Source: Alphaproteobacteria bacterium (GTDB taxonomy: Bacteria; Pseudomonadota; Alphaproteobacteria; Rhizobiales; CAJQND01). Taken from it: a stretch of DNA of 64,000 nucleotides. The notes under the pieces are model-generated. The model was not told the DNA's origin. It was given only the letters and a program-made list of their open reading frames with translations, and made no database searches. The stretch is from contig JAAEUE010000165.1 in the NCBI GenBank assembly GCA_024227565.1, forward strand, positions 71,911 through 135,910. Direction: 5' to 3'. Within the stretch, counting starts at the first letter, position 1. The number at the start of each line of letters is the position of its first letter. The position numbers and the translations under genes were made by a program. Below, piece by piece: positions 8,898-18,155 of the stretch.

Positions 8898-9707
8898 TCA
8901 ATATCCAGGCAGAATCAGGATCTTTGCCTTCTGAGGCAAGGATGTATCGGAAACGGTGATCTGGTTGGACTTATGAACCTCGATTTCGAACGCGCCGCTT
9001 AGCGAATCAACGAATGACTTCAGTCCCAGTGAGCTGAAATAGTGCATGGGAATAACAAGCTTTGCCCGCAGATCCTTGATCACCTCTACCATTGAGGTGT
9101 GATTCAACGTGTAGGTGCCGTCAACCGGCACCAAGAGAATGTCGATGTAGCCGATCCAACCCAGATGCTGCGCCGTGAGTTGATGGTGCAGATGGCCGAG
9201 ATGGGCAATACACAGCCCCGCCACCTCAAATATGAAGATCGAGTTGCCAAACACTTCCTTGGCACCGGACCAATGCCGGATGTCGGTGGGCACGTTGCGC
9301 ACATGGACGTCTTTGACATTCAGATTGTGCTGCGCTGCCGGATCTTCGGGACTGCCGGTGGCCTCTGGGTTCCAGCCGCGCAACACGTGTTTGATCTTCG
9401 GATCCGGAAAGTCGGTGTAATGGGAGTCGTGGGCATGGTTCATGGTAACCACATCGGGCACGATCCCCGGGCCCGCATCGCCCGTGAAATCGGTGGCAAT
9501 GCGCACGCCGGCAGGGCTCTCAATAAGAAACGTGGAATGGCCCACAAACGTTAGGCTGACTTCATTTTCTTTGAGCGCCGCCAGATGCACCGGCGGTCCG
9601 GCATCGGCAATGGCGAGACAGCGGTTCTGCGCGGCGTTCGCCACCGTTGGGGGCAACAGTGACAATACGAACAGCATAACCGCGGCGAACCGGGCAGAGG
9701 TGTTCAT
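8898..9707 (-). CDS. secreted MBL-fold metallo-hydrolase
   Basis: Signal peptide MNTSARFAAVMLFVLSLLPPTVANA and an HAHDSH metal-ligand-like motif. 269 aa. Confidence 0.75.
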   Translation of the reverse strand: MNTSARFAAVMLFVLSLLPPTVANAAQNRCLAIADAGPPVHLAALKENEVSLTFVGHSTFLIESPAGVRIATDFTGDAGPGIVPDVVTMNHAHDSHYTDFPDPKIKHVLRGWNPEATGSPEDPAAQHNLNVKDVHVRNVPTDIRHWSGAKEVFGNSIFIFEVAGLCIAHLGHLHHQLTAQHLGWIGYIDILLVPVDGTYTLNHTSMVEVIKDLRAKLVIPMHYFSSLGLKSFVDSLSGAFEIEVHKSNQITVSDTSLPQKAKILILPGY

Positions 9708-9780
9708 GGCGACACGGCCTCATCTGACTGTCGATCATCGAGTATACGCCGCCAGGACGCAGGCACAACGGCAGGCAAGA

Positions 9781-10599
9781 TCAGATTTGCTTGATCACAT
9801 CGCAAATGACATCGTTCACCTTGCCAGGTTTCTCCAGCATGGCGAAATGTCCGGTTTGGGAAAGCGCCACAATGTTCGCCCTGCCCGCGCCGCGCCAGGC
9901 ATCGAACCAGGGCGAATTCGGTGCCTCATCCACATAACATCTTTGTCTCGCTTCACCGGGTAGAATTGAGGTGGACTGGACCACTGCGGTTGGCGCCTCA
10001 ACCTGCTTAATGGCAGTGGCCAAGCGGCTCTGGTCCCAGGCCGTCATGTTCACATAAAGCTGCAGCCCCACTTCGGGGCCCAAGGCAATGGCGCGTTGCA
10101 GGATGGTGTTCTGATCCTCCGATGTCAGATTATCCAGAAACATCTCTCCCATGTTCTTCTCAGACCAACCGGCAAAGCCCAGTGCGTCGATAGCTGCCGA
10201 AATTGCGCCTCGCACCGCTTCCGGCTCGGCCTCCACCTTGCTGCCATCCACCAACACCAGCCCGCTCACACGCGCTGGCGCTTGCAGGGCCGCTTCCAGG
10301 GCAATCCGTGTGCCCATGCTATGGCCCACAAGAAACGCGCGCTCGATGTGCAGGGCATCCAACAATGCAATCGCGTCAGCGGCAAAGGCGGCCATGGTGA
10401 GTTCACCTTTGGCCGGACCGCTGCGCCCATGGCCGCGCAGATCCATGGTGATGCAGGTGTGGGACGAGGACAGTCCGGCAACCTGCAAGCGCCAATCCTG
10501 GGCCGTGCAAGAATAGCCATGGATGAACAAGATCGCCGGCGTGCCGGTGCCGGTGACATCGTAAGCCACGGCACCGCCAGGCAGAGACAGAACAGGCAT
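9781..10599 (-). CDS. alpha/beta hydrolase
   Basis: ILFIHGYSC oxyanion region, GHSMGT nucleophile elbow, and C-terminal GHFAMLEKP. Confidence 0.85.
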   Translation of the reverse strand: MPVLSLPGGAVAYDVTGTGTPAILFIHGYSCTAQDWRLQVAGLSSSHTCITMDLRGHGRSGPAKGELTMAAFAADAIALLDALHIERAFLVGHSMGTRIALEAALQAPARVSGLVLVDGSKVEAEPEAVRGAISAAIDALGFAGWSEKNMGEMFLDNLTSEDQNTILQRAIALGPEVGLQLYVNMTAWDQSRLATAIKQVEAPTAVVQSTSILPGEARQRCYVDEAPNSPWFDAWRGAGRANIVALSQTGHFAMLEKPGKVNDVICDVIKQI

Positions 10600-10604
10600 A
10601 CCGC

Positions 10605-11417
10605 CTAATCCCGGCGGGCCAGAATGCGCACGCCGCCAATCACCCCATCGGCGAACAAGCCTGCTGTGGTGGCGTAGAAGTCATGCAAGCCATCGGTTAG
10701 ATCCTCGCCGTTCACCTTCACATTATGCTCTCTTCTGGCCTCATAGGCGGCCAAACGCTCGCCGGTGAATGCGGTCCAGGAGGCCGACATATCCTCGATC
10801 TCAACAGAAACGAACCCGGCATCCAGCAAATGCTGACGATAGGTCTCCATGTCCGGCACATAGGGGCACTGGACTTTGACCCTCAGGTCTTCTGCTTGCT
10901 TGTCCGAAGGCTCCCCCAGCTTGATATAATCCTCGATCACAATGCTACCGCCCGGCTTGAGCAAGGAATGGCAGACCGAAAACAACTCAGCGCGCGCAGG
11001 AATGTGGAGAAACACCAGAAACGACATGATGGCATCGAAGGTGCGATCGCCCAGCGGTTTGTCCAGGGCATTGCCGCACAAGTGCTCAACCCGGTCAGCC
11101 AAACCGCAGCGTCCGGTCAACTGTTCGGCAAGCGTGCTGAGATCAGGCTGCAATTCAACCGCAGTGACCTTGCAGCTGGTGGCATTGGCCATGTGCCGGG
11201 CTGGCCCGCCTATGCCGGACCCTATTTCAAGGATCTCAGTCTGCGGCGTTGCGCCGAGCAGGTGCGCGGCTTCATCAACCGCCTGTGTGCCGTGGTAATG
11301 ATACTGATCGAACGGTGTCAGGTCTTCCACGCTCAGGGGCGCGTCTTCATCGATGCCCAGGTGATGCAGTTCGTTCAATATGCGCTCTACCTGATCATAG
11401 AGCCGCATGGTTTTCAT
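10605..11417 (-). CDS. class I SAM-dependent methyltransferase
   Basis: Motif I ILEIGSGIGGPARHMA, then DAIMSFLVFLHI and LKPGGSIVI. The track start is a GTG at 11450; the ATG at 11417 (MKTMRLYDQ) is an inferred choice. Confidence 0.8.
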   Translation of the reverse strand: MKTMRLYDQVERILNELHHLGIDEDAPLSVEDLTPFDQYHYHGTQAVDEAAHLLGATPQTEILEIGSGIGGPARHMANATSCKVTAVELQPDLSTLAEQLTGRCGLADRVEHLCGNALDKPLGDRTFDAIMSFLVFLHIPARAELFSVCHSLLKPGGSIVIEDYIKLGEPSDKQAEDLRVKVQCPYVPDMETYRQHLLDAGFVSVEIEDMSASWTAFTGERLAAYEARREHNVKVNGEDLTDGLHDFYATTAGLFADGVIGGVRILARRD

Positions 11418-11512
11418 GGACTGGTCTTGCGCCACGCCCGCCTCCCTCACTTATTATTGTGAGAGATACCTAGCCCCGTCCGCCGAGAGGGCGCAAGCGG
11501 CCAAGGGCCAAA

Positions 11513-11854
11513 TCAGAATTTGCGGAACTGAACCTGGGCTGACTGGTACCAGCCATTCCGTTTGGTGACCGACGAGCACTTGGTCTCACCGTTCAACCAT
11601 TCTTTCAGCATGATGCACAGCCGTCCGCTGCGCACGCTCCAACGACCCTGGTCTTTGTAGTTCTTGTATTTGCCGTAGAGCCGACCGTTGCCCATGGCGC
11701 TGAACTTGACCTTGTAGCCCTTGATGATCGCCTGGAATTGCCCAGGAAACAGACGCTTAAGAGTGCTTGAGGAAACCTTTTCCGCTGCACCTGCCGGCGC
11801 ATGGGACGCAATGGCCAGGGCGCCCGCAATAGCGAGCACAGACAGTTTTTTCAT
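11513..11854 (-). CDS. small secreted protein (hypothetical)
   Basis: Signal peptide MKKLSVLAIAGALAIASHAPAGA. 113 aa with two Cys. No catalytic motif. Confidence 0.6.
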   Translation of the reverse strand: MKKLSVLAIAGALAIASHAPAGAAEKVSSSTLKRLFPGQFQAIIKGYKVKFSAMGNGRLYGKYKNYKDQGRWSVRSGRLCIMLKEWLNGETKCSSVTKRNGWYQSAQVQFRKF

Positions 11855-12076
11855 TTGGTAATGCCCTTCCGGCGCGCCGTTTACCCCAACGCACTCGGTG
11901 AATCGTCATGATTGAGTTGGCGCGATATATAAGCCCAATTGCGTCAATATTGCGGCGCACAAAATACGTTCAAATCAAGGCCAATCTTTATGGTTAAATT
12001 TTTGTTTTCAAACAAAAAAGATGACTTTGTGCAGATGCGAAATGGATGACACTTCGGGCGAAGTGGTCAATAGCAC

Positions 12077-12301
12077 CTATGAACAGCACGAGATGCCCTC
12101 TTGAATGGGCGGACAGGCCACAGAACCATACGAGCAATAGACGCAGCAATCGCCCGGCTTGGGCCGCAGCAGCGCCCCGCAATCCGCGCACTCATAGTAC
12201 CATTGGCAGGCGTTGGTGGGCATGGTTTCGTGGGCCTGATGGCCACACTTCGGGCACGTTAGGGTCGAATTGAGCTCAATCACGCTTTCTTTCGTTTCCA
12301 T
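12077..12301 (-). CDS. GDCCVxC-domain metal-binding protein
   Basis: METKESVIELNSTLTCPKCGH...ECADCGALLRPKPGDCCVYCSYGSVACPP. Contains CxxC pairs plus the GDCCVYC signature. The ATG at 12301 lies inside the longer track ORF. Confidence 0.75.
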   Translation of the reverse strand: METKESVIELNSTLTCPKCGHQAHETMPTNACQWYYECADCGALLRPKPGDCCVYCSYGSVACPPIQEGISCCS

Positions 12302-12483
12302 AGAGCATACACCGTTATGAGTACAAAAATAACCAATGCGGGCAGCAACACAAAGTCGAGGACGCCAACGAGAGCGCTCAACCCCAATGCTCCAAGAATA
12401 CCCACCAGAATAGGTGTGAAGCAGCACACTGCCGCGATGAGCGTCCCGCCAATGCCAAATCTGAGCAATCGGTCCGGATCCAT
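12280..12483 (-). CDS. MerF-like small membrane metal transporter
   Basis: 67 aa with two TM helices and a vicinal Cys pair (LIAAVCCFTPILVGILGALGLSALVGVLDFVLLPALVIFVLITVYALWKRKK), very like annotated MerF-family proteins. Overlaps the GDCCVxC gene by 22 nt. Confidence 0.7.
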   Translation of the reverse strand: MDPDRLLRFGIGGTLIAAVCCFTPILVGILGALGLSALVGVLDFVLLPALVIFVLITVYALWKRKKA

Positions 12484-12534
12484 GGAAACAAACTAGCGCC
12501 TGTGTGCATCGTTGTCGAACGCGGCTGGCAGGCC

Positions 12535-13206
12535 TTATTTAACACCCTGATCCTGGGCCAGCAGGCCAGCATATTTGACCCGCATTTCGTCAAGCTGAGC
12601 AAAATGCACCTGCAGCTTCCGCCGCGCGCGCACCAGCGCTGTGCAAGCGCCGATGGCAGGGAACGGCTCCAATAGGCCCTGAGAAGCCAATGAGCCGGTC
12701 CAATAGCTCAACGTCAGGTCGATCAGCGAGAACCTCTCGCCCAAATAATACGGGCCGCCCTTGCTCAACCGCTCCTCAATCACCTGCAGGCGCTCCAGGG
12801 CGGCATCCAGCGCCAGTTGTTTCGCTGCGGCGGTGTCTTCCGGGCGCACCACGTAACGGTGTGCATAGAACACACGCTTCATCGCCGGCTCCAGTTCATC
12901 GGCCAGAGAAAACAAACCGCTCAGAAACATCCCCCGATCCGGGTCGCCGACGGCCGGTGCCAGATGGGTCAGCTCATGGCGTTCGGCCAAATAGAGATTG
13001 ATCGCCGGGGTCTCAAACAGATGGTCCCCTTCAGGCGTGATCAGGGCTGGAACCCAGCCTGCCGGATTGATCTTCAGGAACTCAGGCGTGCGATGCCCGT
13101 TGTTCAGAATATCCACGGGACGAAGCTCGTGAGCAATGTCCCCCTCGGCCATCACCATCTCGGTGATCAGCGCCCGGGTGAAGGGGCCGCCATAGAGAAT
13201 GTACAT
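12535..13206 (-). CDS. glutathione S-transferase family protein
   Basis: Thioredoxin-like N-domain (WVPALITPEGDHLFETPAINLYLAER) and a helical C-domain. 223 aa. Confidence 0.85.
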   Translation of the reverse strand: MYILYGGPFTRALITEMVMAEGDIAHELRPVDILNNGHRTPEFLKINPAGWVPALITPEGDHLFETPAINLYLAERHELTHLAPAVGDPDRGMFLSGLFSLADELEPAMKRVFYAHRYVVRPEDTAAAKQLALDAALERLQVIEERLSKGGPYYLGERFSLIDLTLSYWTGSLASQGLLEPFPAIGACTALVRARRKLQVHFAQLDEMRVKYAGLLAQDQGVK

Positions 13207-13287
13207 GAATTGACTTGCTCCAAGTTCCTGCTCTTAACTGCCCCTCATATCGAAATTGTCTGAGCAAATAAACCAAAGGAATACCGC

Positions 13288-13890
13288 ATGCCGCACGGGT
13301 CAGACATCGCCTTCACAGATGCGGTCAAAGCGGTGCAGGGAAAATATGGCGTCCGGGCGTTCAATGAACAAGTGATAGCCAACCGGGCCTGGGGAACGGA
13401 GGTGACGGCGGAGTTGGCGAAGTTCGTCGCGGTGCGGGATTCGTTCTATCTGGGCACCTCAAATGGCGAGGGCCAACCCTACATCCAGCACCGCGGCGGC
13501 GCGCGTGGCTTTCTGAAGGTCATTGATGCCGCCACCCTGGCGTTTGCCGACTATCCGGGCAACAAGCAGTTCATCTCGGCGGGCAATCTGTCGGAGAACG
13601 ACCGCGCCTTCATCTTCCTGATCGATTATGAAACCCGGCAGCGCATCAAGATTTGGGGCCGTGCCCGCTTCGTGGAAGATGATCCGGAACTCTTGAGCGC
13701 CGTTCTTGAACCGTCCGCGCCTTCTGCCAAAGTGAGCCGCGCCGTGGTCTTCACCATCGAAACCTGGGATGTGAACTGCCCACAGAACATTCCCCAGCGC
13801 TTCAGCGAAGAAACCGTGGCGCATGTGGTGAAGAAACTGACCGAACGTGTGGCTGAACTGGAGGCCCAGCTTTCTGCCGTGTCTGATTGA
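13288..13890 (+). CDS. pyridoxamine 5'-phosphate oxidase family (FMN-binding split-barrel) protein
   Basis: FYLGTSNGEGQPYIQHRGGARGFLKV...FADYPGNKQFISAGNL...IFLIDYETRQRIKIWG is the pattern typical of this family. Confidence 0.75.
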   Translation: MPHGSDIAFTDAVKAVQGKYGVRAFNEQVIANRAWGTEVTAELAKFVAVRDSFYLGTSNGEGQPYIQHRGGARGFLKVIDAATLAFADYPGNKQFISAGNLSENDRAFIFLIDYETRQRIKIWGRARFVEDDPELLSAVLEPSAPSAKVSRAVVFTIETWDVNCPQNIPQRFSEETVAHVVKKLTERVAELEAQLSAVSD

Positions 13891-13941
13891 GCTTATTCGG
13901 AAACCCTTGTCTCCCAGCGCAGCTTGTGAGACGAATAAGGC

Positions 13942-15192
13942 ATGGCTAGGGAGCATTTTGACGTCGCGGTTGTGGGCGCCGGCATGGTGGGCGTGTGTTG
14001 CGCCATGTGGCTGCAACGAAGCGGCAAGCGGGTTGTGGTTCTGGACAAGAACACACCTGGAAACGGGACCTCGTATGGCAATGCGGGCACCTATGCGCCG
14101 TTTGGATGCGTGCCGATCAACAGCCCGCAACTGGTCAAATCCCTTCCCGGCTTGCTGTTCTCAAAATCAAGCCCATTGAACCTCGACTGGGCCTATGCCG
14201 CAACGCATCTGCCCTGGATGCTTTCCTTCCTCAAGAACTGCGCGCCTGACAAGGTCGAGCACACCACCGCCTCACTGGCCAATATTCTGGCCCACGTTGA
14301 TGCAGGGTTTGATCCGCTGGTTTCTGCGGCCGGAGCCGGCGACCTGGTGGTGTCCAATGGGGCGATCTATGTGTTCGGCACCGAGGCAGCCTACGAGAAG
14401 GCAATCCCCGGCATCGCGGCGCGTGAACAGCACGGGGTTGCCGTTGAGGTGCTTGACGCAGACCCGATCCGGGAGATGGAGCCGTCGTTGCGCATGCCCA
14501 TCCACAAGGGCATGCATTTCTCCGACGCCCGCCATGTGCTCAACCCGAAGGGGCTGATCGAGCGTCTGTTTAAGAAATTCCTCTCTGACGGCGGCAGTTG
14601 GCGCCAACGTGAGGTTGGCAGCGTCAAGGCATCTGCGGATATTGTGGAAATCGATTGCAACGATGCTGACGACTTGACCTGCGGCCAGCTGGTGGTGGCA
14701 GCCGGGGCGCATTCGAAATCGATCAAAGGCTCTGGTGCGGAAAAGTTGCCGCTCGATTGCGAACGCGGCTACCATATTGTGTTCAAAGGCGCAGAGCGCA
14801 AACTCTCACGGGTTGTGGGTTGGCAAGAATATGGCTTCAACGCCACGCCCATGGAAGGCGGCTTGCGCATCGCCGGAACGGTCGAGATTGCCGGCCTCCA
14901 GAAACCGCTCAACCCGGAGCGTATCGACTTTTTGACCGACAAGGCCCATCGGATGTTTGACGGTCTCGGTGAGCCAAACGAAGAATGGCTGGGCCATCGC
15001 CCCACCCTTCCCGATTCCCTGCCGGTGATCAGCCACTCGCCGCGATCCGAACGCATCTTGCTGGCCTTCGGCCACCATCATATCGGCCTGACGCTTGGCG
15101 GCATTACCGGGCGCATAATCGCAGACTTGGCGGAGGGACGCGTGCCGAACTTTGACATCTCCGCCTATTCGGCGGCGCGGTTTACGCGCTGA
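13942..15192 (+). CDS. FAD-dependent oxidoreductase (DAO / D-amino-acid dehydrogenase-like)
   Basis: N-terminal dinucleotide fold FDVAVVGAGMVGVCCAMWL. 416 aa with a C-terminal GHHHIGLTLG motif. Confidence 0.85.
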   Translation: MAREHFDVAVVGAGMVGVCCAMWLQRSGKRVVVLDKNTPGNGTSYGNAGTYAPFGCVPINSPQLVKSLPGLLFSKSSPLNLDWAYAATHLPWMLSFLKNCAPDKVEHTTASLANILAHVDAGFDPLVSAAGAGDLVVSNGAIYVFGTEAAYEKAIPGIAAREQHGVAVEVLDADPIREMEPSLRMPIHKGMHFSDARHVLNPKGLIERLFKKFLSDGGSWRQREVGSVKASADIVEIDCNDADDLTCGQLVVAAGAHSKSIKGSGAEKLPLDCERGYHIVFKGAERKLSRVVGWQEYGFNATPMEGGLRIAGTVEIAGLQKPLNPERIDFLTDKAHRMFDGLGEPNEEWLGHRPTLPDSLPVISHSPRSERILLAFGHHHIGLTLGGITGRIIADLAEGRVPNFDISAYSAARFTR

Positions 15193-15240
15193 TGGTTTTG
15201 CCTCGCTCCGAGCAATGAGATAGAACCAACCTCCCATTCA

Positions 15241-16155
15241 ATGACCGGCGATAGCATGCGTGTTCTGCTCACAAGTCTGATCTGCCTTCTGCTTGCGCTC
15301 AGCACGAGCCTTGCGGCTGACGACGCACGCCTCGCCTATATAATCAACATTGAAGAGTATGAACGCCCTGCCGGCCCGGTTAAAAGAAAGTCTGGCGCTG
15401 ACACTATGGCAGATGCACTTGCGCGCTTCGGTTACACGGTCCAGCGCTACAACAACATCAACAAATGGGAATTCGAGGCGGTCCTGAAAGAGATCTATGC
15501 CGATTCAAAAGGGGCTGAAGCGGCCATCGTCTATGTCTCCAGTTTTGCCTTGAACAAGGGCCAGAGAAACGTGGTGCTTCCAGCCGACGCGCTCTCTGGT
15601 GGGGCTGACAAACTGTTGTCGCTGGCCGTGGAAGCCAAGGACGTTGTGAATGCGCCCCAGGCCCGTTTGCTCAACATGATCATTCTGGATGCGCCAGAAG
15701 ATGCCAGGGCCGCGTTCGGGCTTACTGGAAGCGGCGAATTTGGTGTCTTCATGAGCACCCAGGATCCGTTCGTCCCAAACCGGCTTGCGGTGTACACCAG
15801 CACGGCACCCAACAATCTCTACATCCGCTTGGCGCCAATGAACACGCCCCTCACCTATGCGCGCAATTTCAAGCTGTTCTTGGGCCGCAAAGAGAGAACA
15901 GCGGTAGAATTTTTGAGAAAGGTTTCAGTTTCTGTGTTCTACGACAGCTCGAACCTGCAGTTCCCAACCGTTGTCGGCAAACTCAACAAACCCTATATGC
16001 TGGTCCGGAAGAATGAGGTCTCCGATATCACCGCCTGGCTGAAAATCCAGGCCAAACCCAAGACGGAAAGCTTCGAGCAGTTCATCAGGCAGTTTCCAAA
16101 AAGCATCTACATTCCCTTCGCCCGCCAACGGCTGAAGGAACTGAGCGCCCAATAG
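15241..16155 (+). CDS. secreted caspase-fold (peptidase C14-like) protein with substituted catalytic dyad
   Basis: Signal peptide (MRVLLTSLICLLLALSTSLAAD). AYIINIEEY...GADTMADALARFGYTV...AAIVYVSSFAL...NMIILDAPED aligns by pattern to the bacterial caspase-domain layout. SFA sits where GHG is expected, and DAP where DAC is expected. The start may be the ATG at 15256. Confidence 0.55.
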   Translation: MTGDSMRVLLTSLICLLLALSTSLAADDARLAYIINIEEYERPAGPVKRKSGADTMADALARFGYTVQRYNNINKWEFEAVLKEIYADSKGAEAAIVYVSSFALNKGQRNVVLPADALSGGADKLLSLAVEAKDVVNAPQARLLNMIILDAPEDARAAFGLTGSGEFGVFMSTQDPFVPNRLAVYTSTAPNNLYIRLAPMNTPLTYARNFKLFLGRKERTAVEFLRKVSVSVFYDSSNLQFPTVVGKLNKPYMLVRKNEVSDITAWLKIQAKPKTESFEQFIRQFPKSIYIPFARQRLKELSAQ

Positions 16156-16244
16156 ACCAAGTTTACCGTTGACTTGTGTTTGTCCTTTTTATAGGACGAT
16201 CGTTCGTTATAAAGAACAATCGTTCACAAGGACACGCAAGGCCA

Positions 16245-16559
16245 ATGGGCACAATCCACGTAAAGGACCAGGACGGCATCTCGCATGAGATTGAGGCCGT
16301 AGAAGGTTGGCGGGTGATGGAGATTATCCGTGAGCATGGCTTCAACATTCAGGCCCTATGCGGCGGTGCGTGCGCCTGTGCAACGTGCCACGTGAAAGTG
16401 GATCCAAACTGGACGCCGCGGCTTCACCCCGCCCGGGACGACGAGGAGGGCATGCTCGACGAGCTGCCCATGGTCTATGACACCTCGCGCCTCTCCTGCC
16501 AGATCATCTACTCGCCAGAACTAGATGGCCTGACCGTTGAACTTCCCGAGGCGGCGTAA
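16245..16559 (+). CDS. 2Fe-2S ferredoxin (adrenodoxin/putidaredoxin type)
   Basis: CGGACACATCH ... LSC cysteine ligand pattern. The ATG at 16245 lies inside track ORF 16176..16559. Confidence 0.85.
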   Translation: MGTIHVKDQDGISHEIEAVEGWRVMEIIREHGFNIQALCGGACACATCHVKVDPNWTPRLHPARDDEEGMLDELPMVYDTSRLSCQIIYSPELDGLTVELPEAA

Positions 16560-16566
16560 CCCCTCC

Positions 16567-17988
16567 CTATCTGGCCCAAAGCTTGTGGGCCATAATGCCA
16601 ACACGCTGCTCAACCGCCTCGCAGGCGTCCAAGATCAAGTCCTCTCGGAAGCGCTGGCCCACAATTTGGACGCCGACCGGGAGGCCATCATTGTAGTTGG
16701 CCGGCACATTGCCGGCGGGCAGGCCCATGAAGTTCATGGAGAAGCTGTAGAATGCCGCGCCAAGAACTTCCCTCACCCCGTCTTGGCCTTCCATATCACG
16801 GTCCCATTTGAAGGTGGGTATCAGCATGAACGGGGTCAATACAAGCGGGTATTTGTGCAGAAGCACCGTCCACTCGCGGACAAACCGGGCGCGCTCCGCC
16901 ATGGCCTTGAGCTGTTCTTCGCCCTCGAACGGCGGGAACATCTCAAAATAATCATCAAAGATCGCGTTGATGTCCGCACTGCCATGTTTGCGGATGTCGG
17001 CCTCAAAGAACACCTTTACTTCGCCCATCAGGGCCCGGAAGCCAATGTCTCCACAGGACTGGACGTTTGGCGTCTCGATCTCTTCAACCACGTAACCTGC
17101 GTCTACCAAACACTCGCGAGCTGTATCCAATGCCGCGCTCACCGCCGGGTGCATCTCAACGCCATAGGTTTCACGGCTGAACCCAACTTTGGGCAAACCG
17201 CCAAGCTCGGGCCCGTTGAACGGTGCTGGAACCATCCACGGATCATGCGGGTCGTAAGCAACAAGTGTCTCCATTGCCAGGCGCACATCACGAACTTCGC
17301 GGGCGATGACCCCTTGAACCGACATGATCTGCGCCAGTGGCCCACGCTCCTCAGGCGCTGAGGGGTTATAGGCGGGCACCCGGCCAAGGCCCGGCTTCAC
17401 CGTGGCCGCGCCGCAGGCATAAGCGGGAAAGCGCAATGAGCCGCCAATGTCGTTGCCATGGGCCACGGCGCCATAGCCCATCATCACACCGGCTGCTGCA
17501 CCACCTGAAGAGCCACCGGCCGAGGCCCAGTCGTTCCACGGGCTGAAAGTTCGGCCGTGCAGTTCGTTGACAGTTGTGGCCCGGAAGGAGAATTCCGGGG
17601 TGTTGGTGCGTCCGATCGGGATCGCGCCGGCTTTCTTGAAGTTGCTCACCACGGGCGCATCACCGGGCGCGAGGGTTTTGGCCAGCGCTGCAACGCCGTT
17701 GGGGGTTGTGTGTCCCTTCTGGTCAATGTTCTCCTTAATGGTGACCGGCACGCCGAACATTGGCTGCTCGGCACCTGCACCTGCCTTGTCTTGGCCGCGT
17801 GCCGTTTCAATGGCCGCATCGCCCAAATCCTCGACAACCGCGTTGATTTTGCCATTGGTTGCCCGCATGCGCTCAATCGCAGCGCCGGTAGCATCTTCAC
17901 AGCTCACTGCGCCGCGCGCCACCGCTTGTGCGATGTCGCAAGCGCTCCACTGCCAAAGGGGACGGCCATTGGCCTCGATGTCAGACAT
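16567..17988 (-). CDS. amidase (amidase-signature family)
   Basis: GGSSGG signature (SAGGSSGGAAAGV), 473 aa, and Ser-cisSer-Lys family layout. Confidence 0.9.
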   Translation of the reverse strand: MSDIEANGRPLWQWSACDIAQAVARGAVSCEDATGAAIERMRATNGKINAVVEDLGDAAIETARGQDKAGAGAEQPMFGVPVTIKENIDQKGHTTPNGVAALAKTLAPGDAPVVSNFKKAGAIPIGRTNTPEFSFRATTVNELHGRTFSPWNDWASAGGSSGGAAAGVMMGYGAVAHGNDIGGSLRFPAYACGAATVKPGLGRVPAYNPSAPEERGPLAQIMSVQGVIAREVRDVRLAMETLVAYDPHDPWMVPAPFNGPELGGLPKVGFSRETYGVEMHPAVSAALDTARECLVDAGYVVEEIETPNVQSCGDIGFRALMGEVKVFFEADIRKHGSADINAIFDDYFEMFPPFEGEEQLKAMAERARFVREWTVLLHKYPLVLTPFMLIPTFKWDRDMEGQDGVREVLGAAFYSFSMNFMGLPAGNVPANYNDGLPVGVQIVGQRFREDLILDACEAVEQRVGIMAHKLWAR

Positions 17989-18155
17989 TGGGGTTGGATC
18001 CTTTTAGATTTTTGCTTGGAAGGAACATTATCGCCCTGCCGGAGGCTGTCCAGCTGTTTCCTCGACGCACTAATCTCTGTATAAGCAGAAGCTCTTGAGG
18101 TCCTGGCGATGGCAGTTGGGCGGCTGCATCGTGTAACAGATAAGAGTACAGTCCA

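Noticed and set aside
12302..12427. 42-aa N-terminal extension of the GDCCVxC ORF
   Set aside because: It would overlap most of the MerF-like gene in another frame. The ATG at 12301 gives a compact Cys-rich protein of the expected size.
12077..12483. A mercury-resistance (mer) operon
   Set aside because: Only the MerF-like and GDCCVxC genes are present. There is no merR, merA, merT, merP or merB in the window.
16537..17361. 274-aa ORF on the plus strand
   Set aside because: It is antisense to the amidase gene, which carries the GGSSGG signature. No motif recognised. Shadow ORF.
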